Shown: positions 29,380-36,136 of the stretch, one piece after another
Numbering within the stretch: position 1 is the first letter of the stretch
Layout of the letters: each line of letters begins with the position of its first letter
From: an uncultured Eubacteriales bacterium
GTDB taxonomy: Bacteria > Bacillota > Clostridia > Christensenellales > Christensenellaceae
Direction: 5' to 3'
DNA length: 47,068 nt
Assembly (NCBI GenBank): GCA_902473035.1
Contig: CABRQG010000001.1
Location: 1 to 47,068 of the forward strand
Made by a program: the position numbers and the translations under genes
Notes under the pieces: generated by a model
Seen by the model: the letters and a program-made list of their open reading frames with translations, nothing else
Database searches by the model: none
Told to the model about the DNA's origin: nothing

Positions 29380-29485
29380 CCAAATCTTTCCCTTTTCCTT
29401 TTTTCCCATTATCCCATGTTTTCCCACTTTCGTCCATTGCAAATTCGGTTTATTTCGACACAAAAACTATTTCATCCAGTATTTT

Positions 29486-29591
29486 TACTCTATATCTTTT
29501 AGATGTACGGTACAGGCGATTTTCCTTTACACCTGATTTACATCTTATCTGATGTATTCTCATCATTCTATATTACATCTCATTAGGTGTA
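29486..29591. repeat. three to four further copies of the TACAYC-N6-GRTGTA palindrome between the paralogs
   Basis: 29486-29507 (longer spacer), 29528-29545 overlapping 29539-29556 (perfect TACATC/GATGTA), and 29574-29591. Confidence 0.75.
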
Positions 29592-29611
29592 AACCTCTTC
29601 CTCTCCCCTTA

Positions 29612-29639
29612 GCAAAAGAAGCAGCTCCAAAGCTGCTCC
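29612..29639 (-). terminator. terminator of lipoprotein paralog B
   Basis: Hairpin identical to 28145-28172. Confidence 0.75.
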
Positions 29640-29655
29640 CTCACTACTATTTTAA

Positions 29656-30816
29656 TTACTTACCGAATCCTCTCTCCTCCTGTATCTGGGCGTACAGGGC
29701 GTCTAGGTCCCTCTCTCCTAGATAAAAAGACCGTAAAAAAATCTCTTTCACTTTGCCATTTTCTGTGGTCACATCCATCCAGTATTCCGTCACATCCTCC
29801 ACCGGCTCTTTTTGCGTGCGCCTATCTCTCGTGCATACACTCCAGGTATCTCCCTGCTTCTGCATCCCAAATTCTAAAGTGAGCGATCCTTTTATCAAAT
29901 CTGGATTCTGTTTGGCAAATTCATCTAGTGTCAGTCCTTCCCATTGCTCTTTGGGTAAGGATTCTACCTTCCTTGCATAGCTCACCCTCGTAAGATGAAA
30001 CTCCCCATAGGCCTCACAGAGCTCTTCCACACTGCTCAGATATTCTATACCCCGCAGCGTATTGTATTTATCACGTTTGTCTATCTGATATTCCGCGTAT
30101 GGATTTTGCTCTGTTGCCGTTGCCGTCTCTGCTGGTTCACTTCCCCGGTACAGCCCAAACTCTTCTTCTGACATATTCTCCAGTATTTCCCCCTGGTATT
30201 GGGCGGGCTCCTGATTTGTTTCTATCTCTTTTTTTATCTCAGGATGCTCTCCCGAACGAGTAAGTCTAATGTGAGTTAATACTATCTCGTCGCCCGCTCC
30301 CTTACCGAATGAAAAATTGATCGTATATTCCACATCATTTTCTGTTTTCGGCTCCCTGGTAAACTCACAGGTCCCCGGCTTGCAATACCAGGCATATTCT
30401 AAACTGGCATGAAATATTTCTAAGTCCGCCGTTTGCCTAATCAATTCTAACAGTTCATTCATGTCTGTTATATTGCCAGCCTTTGGATCGCTTTGATCTG
30501 GCATTCCCCAATCTTTATATGCCTCTGCCACCTTCTCTATACTGTCTGTTAACTGAATTCCTCTCCAGGTTTGATACGCTAAATTCTCCGCATCTAATGG
30601 GCCCTCATATCGGATATATAATGCCCCTCTAATTGCTGAACCCGTTAAATCCACATGATCGTTCAACTGGCCATTTTCGTACAACCCAAAATCCGCCAAG
30701 GTTGCCCCTCCTGTTTTGGGCTCTTTGTCATATGGCCTATTTTCTGGTTCCCCAGTGCACCCTATCAGCCCTATCAAACATGCACACACTAGTATGATCC
30801 CTATCATCCGTTTCAT
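29656..30816 (-). CDS. two-domain lipoprotein, paralog B
   Basis: MKRMIGIILVCACLIGLIGC lipobox. The first ~45 aa and last ~35 aa are near-identical to paralog A; the middle is divergent. Confidence 0.7.
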   Translation of the reverse strand: MKRMIGIILVCACLIGLIGCTGEPENRPYDKEPKTGGATLADFGLYENGQLNDHVDLTGSAIRGALYIRYEGPLDAENLAYQTWRGIQLTDSIEKVAEAYKDWGMPDQSDPKAGNITDMNELLELIRQTADLEIFHASLEYAWYCKPGTCEFTREPKTENDVEYTINFSFGKGAGDEIVLTHIRLTRSGEHPEIKKEIETNQEPAQYQGEILENMSEEEFGLYRGSEPAETATATEQNPYAEYQIDKRDKYNTLRGIEYLSSVEELCEAYGEFHLTRVSYARKVESLPKEQWEGLTLDEFAKQNPDLIKGSLTLEFGMQKQGDTWSVCTRDRRTQKEPVEDVTEYWMDVTTENGKVKEIFLRSFYLGERDLDALYAQIQEERGFGK

Positions 30817-30900
30817 CCAAATCTTTCCCCTTTCCCTTTTTCCCCATTATCCCATATTTTCCCACTTCAGTCCACAGCGAACTTCATCTATTTTTGTCGA

Positions 30901-32514
30901 TCAGGGCATATTAAATATTGTTGCCTCCAGTTCGCGCACTAATTTTTCGATCACATAATCTGCAATTTCATCCAGGTCTTCTCGCATTAAGGGCTTACCG
31001 TTTTGGTTTTCCGTTTCTTTCAGTTGGTTTTTTTTATATTCCTCTTTTATCCACCGCATAGCTTCTTGCGCCAACTGTTTACTATACGAGTTGGTAAATA
31101 CCTTCGCTCCTTCTGGAATATAGGCAATTTCCGGCCCGTGTTCTCCTACCTCCATAAAACCCCCTGGAGCATATTGGCTTCCTAGCGCCATGTGTCCATA
31201 GGAAGGGGCGAAGCCGCCGTATTCTTTAAAGGAGTCGTACCATGTTTTTGTTTTTGTATTGTTTCTACTGTATAATTCTACTCCAGTATTCAATAAATTA
31301 GGATCTAAATGTCCATTTTCAGCTTTAAAATCTTTCCATAATTTCGGTATCCAGTCCATGCTATCTCGTTGCTGCATAAGCGTATAGCTTTCATTTTTCC
31401 AATAATCGATCTCTTTTTGTATGTTTTGTACCAATTCTAATTGAAGATCCCAATCATCCCATAGATCCATTATTGTACGAGATTCAAGCATATCTACTCC
31501 AAATACAGATTCCTGGGCTGCAAATTGTAACAGCTCCTTCGTTGGCCTTCCCAGATAATCTGTTTGCGCTTTTTGATATGCATAACTATCAATTAGAGAA
31601 AACGCTTGAAATAAGTTAACGTTCACCCCATATTTTTCTTCAATGGTATCCCATATCTCTGAATCAATAAACGCCTGTGCTGTATCGCTATCAAAAATTC
31701 CTTCTTGAATGAGTTCTATAATCCCATCTTGATTTTCTTTAATAGCAGCAATCTCTTGATCTGAAAACTTTTGTCTTTCTATTATTTCCCCATCTATTTC
31801 AATCGTTTGAGTTTTATTTTTAGGATTATTAATATCAATATAAACGAGCATCTGTTCATATACCAATTCAGCAAATTTTTTAACTTTTTCTAAAGAATCT
31901 TCCCTCATTTCTTTTAACTCTGCCATTTCTCTTGGAAGCTTGTCTTCATATTCCAATACTTGACTATTGGCATATTCAATGGCAGGTCCAAACGTCGCAC
32001 CGCTATAATATCCCATAAGCAGATAATCTTGTTCGTTCACTACCTCATAATCGTTGTTATTCCCCTCCAAGCTAATATCAATATGTGACCCATAATATAT
32101 CTGCGGCTCGCTAAAGGCTTCTTCATAGAATTGTACATTTTCTTTAAATTCCTCTATATTAGTATTGATTTCTTCAATTTTTTCAAAATCTTCTCTACCA
32201 ATGTACTTTACTAGTGCTACCAGCAAATCAGCCCCCATATATGACCCTATAAACTGTAATCCAATTTTCACATATTCCCATACATCTGCCCCTTCATCAA
32301 TCGCATTCGCTACTTGTAAGGCCAAATCGATCACATCTGTCGGCCCTGGGGTGAAATCCACATCCGTAACCCAATCCGTCACCGAGTTCAGCATCTTTTT
32401 ATCGATTTTTGTCTGCTGCTTATTCACTTTTCCAACGTCTTTAGCTAAGCCCTCTACGCTGCCTTCCAAAGTGTCCAGCTTTTTTCTTATCTCCTTATTT
32501 GTTAGATCTCTCAT
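30901..32514 (-). CDS. phage tail tape-measure-like protein (short, probably a remnant)
   Basis: Coiled-coil N-terminus, then a hydrophobic segment. The C-terminal GGFMEVGEHGPEIAYIPEGAKVFTN motif resembles the VGExGPE..P.G..V motif of Gram-positive phage tape-measure proteins. AGGAAGGGGAAAG RBS before ATG 32514. Confidence 0.5.
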   Translation of the reverse strand: MRDLTNKEIRKKLDTLEGSVEGLAKDVGKVNKQQTKIDKKMLNSVTDWVTDVDFTPGPTDVIDLALQVANAIDEGADVWEYVKIGLQFIGSYMGADLLVALVKYIGREDFEKIEEINTNIEEFKENVQFYEEAFSEPQIYYGSHIDISLEGNNNDYEVVNEQDYLLMGYYSGATFGPAIEYANSQVLEYEDKLPREMAELKEMREDSLEKVKKFAELVYEQMLVYIDINNPKNKTQTIEIDGEIIERQKFSDQEIAAIKENQDGIIELIQEGIFDSDTAQAFIDSEIWDTIEEKYGVNVNLFQAFSLIDSYAYQKAQTDYLGRPTKELLQFAAQESVFGVDMLESRTIMDLWDDWDLQLELVQNIQKEIDYWKNESYTLMQQRDSMDWIPKLWKDFKAENGHLDPNLLNTGVELYSRNNTKTKTWYDSFKEYGGFAPSYGHMALGSQYAPGGFMEVGEHGPEIAYIPEGAKVFTNSYSKQLAQEAMRWIKEEYKKNQLKETENQNGKPLMREDLDEIADYVIEKLVRELEATIFNMP

Positions 32515-32777
32515 TGTCTTTCCCCTTCCTTTTTTTGGAGGAGAGCAGCTGTTTTCTTTCCTGCTCTCCTCATTTGCTTGCAAATGGTGCTGCCAAAACC
32601 CCGCGTCCTATTCGGTGGAACATCTAGCCTAGGCCTATTCTTCTTAGCAATGGCTTCTTGGCCAATTAGCCTATGGCCGCTTTGGAATGAGCTCTGTTGC
32701 TATTTCACCGCCCGGTCTTTGTCATTTCAACAATCAGCCCATAATAGTAGGCGCTGGAGCTTCTGGCTATTTATCCA

Positions 32778-33149
32778 TTATGCTTCCACCTCTCGTATAG
32801 TGGATTTTCCCAAAATACCGCTGAGCTCTAAGATGTTTTTAAAGAGCATTGCTTTGTCTTTGGGCTCTAAAATGTTCACCACTTCCACGTAGTCCTCGAT
32901 CTGCCCCAGTTTTACCAGCTCTGCTGCAAGTTCCCGCAGGCTGGGGCTTCCCAGATAGCATAGGTACAGGTTTCTCCTTTTCCTATCTGTAAAGTTCACC
33001 CACTCTTCAATCTCCTCTTCCGTCAGGGACTCGATCTCAATCTCCCGCTCTAACGCGCCAACATAGAGGCTTTTACGCTTCCTCACCTTTTTCTCCTCTA
33101 AAATCCTCTGTGCCTGCAATACAAATTCTCGTAAATCATTTGGTTCCAT
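32778..33149 (-). CDS. phage tail assembly chaperone-like protein
   Basis: 123 aa, acidic. Lies directly upstream of the tape-measure-like gene, and the C-terminal ..MLFKNILELSGI.. resembles XkdN/gpG-type chaperones. Confidence 0.4.
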   Translation of the reverse strand: MEPNDLREFVLQAQRILEEKKVRKRKSLYVGALEREIEIESLTEEEIEEWVNFTDRKRRNLYLCYLGSPSLRELAAELVKLGQIEDYVEVVNILEPKDKAMLFKNILELSGILGKSTIREVEA

Positions 33150-33389
33150 TTTGTTTTCCCCACTTTCTTTTTTTTAATTTCCTTTTGCCAACCCTCTGGC
33201 AGTGTCTTTCTCTATGGATTCCTCCTCTTCTTCCCTGTCAAAACGCACTCATTCAAATCATCTCTTTTCCCCCTTCCCTAAGTTGGGCCTTTCTCCCCTT
33301 TCAGCACTTTCAAGATAGTTCTCATGCACCCTTCTTGCCGCTGTGCCACTTGGAGGCTTTTTTCGCGCCCTATGCAGAAATTCTCTTCA

Positions 33390-33412
33390 CAAAAAAGGCG
33401 CTTCTCGCGCCT
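33390..33412 (-). terminator. intrinsic terminator of an orphan short transcript or leader
   Basis: Minus strand: AGGCGC-GAGAA-GCGCCT followed by TTTTTTG. Confidence 0.65.
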
Positions 33413-33500
33413 ATTGTTTCTCTTCTAAATTTTCACGGTTTTCTTTTCCGGCGCGTATCCTCCAAACCTTTCTAATCAAGTAAATCTTTTCCTACTTTCT

Positions 33501-33529
33501 ATACTACACCGCTTTGTAGAAATGTCAAC
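33501..33529 (-). promoter_or_regulatory. orphan promoter
   Basis: Minus strand: TTGACA (33524-33529), 17 nt, TAGTAT (33501-33506). Confidence 0.5.
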
Positions 33530-33603
33530 AACATCCATTCTCATCTTTTCTCATTCACCGTGCAGCGAAAGTCTAACCTTTCTTCTCATAGAGCAACAAA
33601 TAG

Positions 33604-33630
33604 CAAAAGAGAGGTGAAACCACCTCCCTT
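33604..33630 (-). terminator. rubrerythrin terminator
   Basis: Minus strand: GGGAGGTG-GTTT-CACCTCTC followed by TTTTGC. Confidence 0.7.
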
Positions 33631-33646
33631 TTGCTGCCGGCAAATA

Positions 33647-34192
33647 CTACTGATTTTGAGATTGGACTTTCTTAAAATATCCCTGAGGATGTGCACATAC
33701 CGGGCAAACTACCGGGGCAGAGACTCCTGTATGGATATGCCCGCAGTTCAGGCAGATCCACTGAACTTGCTCTCCCGAGGGATTTTGAAATATAGTACCT
33801 TGGTTCAGCTGATCTAAATAATCCCGATATCTCTGCTCGTGCATGCTCTCCACCTTGCCCACGGCTTCAAACAGCTGGGCTAACTCTGGAAAGCCCTCCT
33901 GTCTAGCCTCTTCTGCCATGCGAGGATACATCTCACTGTGCTCATAATACTCGCCCTCAGCTCCACTTCCCAAGTTCTTTTTGGTATCGCCGATGGCCTT
34001 GAGTTCTCTGAGCCAAATGGCGGAGTGTGCCTGTTCGTTTTTGGCTGTCTCCTGAAAGATATCAGCAATTTCCTGATAGCCTTCTTTTCTGGCTCTGCTC
34101 TCAAACTGCTTGTACTTGTTATATGCCATGCTCTCGCCGGCAAAAGCTTCTCTCAAATTTTGTTCTGTCTTTGTACCCATTAAGTCTTTCAT
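33647..34192 (-). CDS. rbr: rubrerythrin
   Basis: Ferritin-like diiron domain (TEQNLREAFAGESMA, EYYEH) plus C-terminal rubredoxin CLNCGH...CPVCAHP. The likely start is MKDLMGTK at 34192; the ORF opens at 34222. Confidence 0.88.
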   Translation of the reverse strand: MKDLMGTKTEQNLREAFAGESMAYNKYKQFESRARKEGYQEIADIFQETAKNEQAHSAIWLRELKAIGDTKKNLGSGAEGEYYEHSEMYPRMAEEARQEGFPELAQLFEAVGKVESMHEQRYRDYLDQLNQGTIFQNPSGEQVQWICLNCGHIHTGVSAPVVCPVCAHPQGYFKKVQSQNQ

Positions 34193-34351
34193 CTGTAGTA
34201 CCATCCCTTTCTTTTGTTTCAATCATCCATTTGCATTTTATGATTCCCAAAAATATCTATATTATTTATTTTTTGCTTCTTTTTTTAAAACAATTTTTTT
34301 AATAAAAATATCTTTTTTTCGCTTTATCGGTAATTATAAAATAGTATGATA

Positions 34352-34360
34352 TGTTATAAT
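34352..34360 (+). promoter_or_regulatory. extended -10 promoter element upstream of the XRE gene
   Basis: TGTTATAAT (TGnTATAAT). No good -35 box. Confidence 0.4.
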
Positions 34361-34515
34361 GTAATTTAAGAGTTCTCATTTTAGGGGATTTTCCTCAAAA
34401 ATTCCTCTAAATTGGGATTTCCACCTAAATAAAAGTTCTATTTCGCCAGTTTACCATCTTGTAACTTCCCATAATTTACCTTATTCTTTTTACAAAAAGA
34501 GGATGGTGTCGAATT

Positions 34516-34887
34516 ATGGATTTAAAAGACGTATTAGCCGAAAATGTAAAAAACTCTCGCCTGAAGCATCATTATTCACAGGAAAAGTTCGCAAATGAAG
34601 TGGGTCTTAGCGCATCTCACCTAAGGGATATTGAACACGGCAAGGGCAATCCCACTTTGGATACCATTGAGCGAATCGCCAAAGGCTTCAATGTTCCCAT
34701 CGAGAGCATGATTTTGCAGGAGCCCGACTTGCCGGAAAACATTAAAATCATATCTCACTTTTTAGCGAGAAATTTAAACTGTATTTTAAAGCTGCCTCCT
34801 GAACAGCGCACATTGTTCGTCCGGGTATTTGAACAATTGGTTGTCATGCTGTCGTACAATATCGACTCAGAGGATTTGATTGAATAA
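34516..34887 (+). CDS. XRE-family HTH transcriptional regulator (paralog of 5721-6086)
   Basis: HTH_3 segment YSQEKFANEVGLSASHLRDIEHGKGNPTLDTIERIA. Shares the C-terminal motif EQRTLFVRVFEQLVVML with the paralog (EHQTLVIRLFEQLVLML). Confidence 0.8.
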   Translation: MDLKDVLAENVKNSRLKHHYSQEKFANEVGLSASHLRDIEHGKGNPTLDTIERIAKGFNVPIESMILQEPDLPENIKIISHFLARNLNCILKLPPEQRTLFVRVFEQLVVMLSYNIDSEDLIE

Positions 34888-35034
34888 TAACCGTATTAAC
34901 TATTATCCCCGAATTTGAGGCCTTCTTTTTCTCGATGACTTTCCTCTGGGCGATATCAGCTCATAGTGTTCATTGCCACATCTACACCTTTGTGGTATAT
35001 TATGTGTTACAAAGTTGAGCAGAGGTGAGTATCT

Positions 35035-35688
35035 ATGAATTCCTATGAAATACTGCGTCATATTGACCACACTTGTCTGGATCCCTATGCCACATGGGAT
35101 CAAATAAAGTCGCTATGTGATGAGGCTATCCAATACCAGACGGCCAGTATTTGCATTCCCCCTTGTTATGTACAGAGGGTAAAACAGCAGTATGGGGAAC
35201 AAATCCCCATTTGCACTGTTATCGGCTTCCCTTTGGGCTATAGCACCACTGCCTCTAAGCTTCTGGAAGCCCAGCAGGCAATTGCAGATGGCGCCAGTGA
35301 AATCGATATGGTAATCAACATCTGTGATGTAAAGAATGGGAATTTTGCAGCGATTCAAAGTGAAATCGCTCAAGTAAAACAGACGATTGGCAGCCATATT
35401 CTCAAAGTCATTGTGGAAACTTGCTATTTATCACAGCAGGAAAAAATTCTGATGTGTCAGGTTGTCACCGACGCCCAAGCCGATTACATCAAGACATCCA
35501 CCGGATTCGGCAGTGCCGGGGCGAAACTAGAGGATATCGCCCTCTTTCAACAGCATATCGGGCCCGGTGTTCAAATAAAAGCAGCTGGTGGAATTCGAAC
35601 CATAGAGGATTTAGAGGCTTTTTTACATGCAGGGTGCCAGCGCATTGGCTCTAGCAGCGCAGTTGCTCTACTCACTCATAAAAAGTAA
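35035..35688 (+). CDS. deoC: deoxyribose-phosphate aldolase
   Basis: 217 aa; IDHTCL, catalytic KTSTGF and IKAAGGIR motifs. Confidence 0.88.
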   Translation: MNSYEILRHIDHTCLDPYATWDQIKSLCDEAIQYQTASICIPPCYVQRVKQQYGEQIPICTVIGFPLGYSTTASKLLEAQQAIADGASEIDMVINICDVKNGNFAAIQSEIAQVKQTIGSHILKVIVETCYLSQQEKILMCQVVTDAQADYIKTSTGFGSAGAKLEDIALFQQHIGPGVQIKAAGGIRTIEDLEAFLHAGCQRIGSSSAVALLTHKK

Positions 35689-35704
35689 ACCACAGCTGGA
35701 GAAC

Positions 35705-35959
35705 TCAGTAAAATTCTTTCAGTTGAGGGATATTTCTCTCTGCTTTTTTCCGCTTGGAATTCACCAAATCAGCTACATCTCCCATAGCATAAGGGTATTG
35801 ATGTTTATTTTTGTACTCTATTATGGGTACCTCTCTCAGTCTAGCACCTACTCTTCTGTCCCAATTTAAACCACTTAGTTTGGCCACCAGAGGATATTCT
35901 GCCGTTCGCTCTAAAAAGGTACTGGGTATTGATATATCTACTAAAATCGCCGTTTTATC
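35705..35959 (-). pseudogene. C-terminal gene fragment of unknown family
   Basis: An 85-codon open frame bounded upstream by TAA, with no ATG or RBS. Only an internal GTG gives the 60-aa ORF in the track. Confidence 0.35.
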
Positions 35960-36060
35960 TAATTAGGCCTGCTTTTCAAATGAGCTTCCAGATTGTATGC
36001 CGGAAATTCATTATTGTAGGAGCTATATTCAGCGTATTTTTACTAAATAAAGTCACATAG

Positions 36061-36097
36061 AAAAGCAGGAAATACATGTATCTCCTGCTGTCCTTTT
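36061..36097. terminator. terminator downstream of the P-type ATPase
   Basis: AAAA-AGCAGGA-12 nt-TCCTGCT hairpin with T/A tracts on both sides. Confidence 0.7.
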
Positions 36098-36136
36098 ACG
36101 CTTATTTTAGCAAGTCAAACTTGGCGTATCCTTTCA

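Noticed and set aside
33150-33389. Searched the purine-rich 240 nt upstream of the chaperone-like gene for remnants of tail-tube or other phage genes.
   Set aside because: Only very short frames are present (for example a 15-aa MRTILKVLKGEKGPT), with nothing recognisable.
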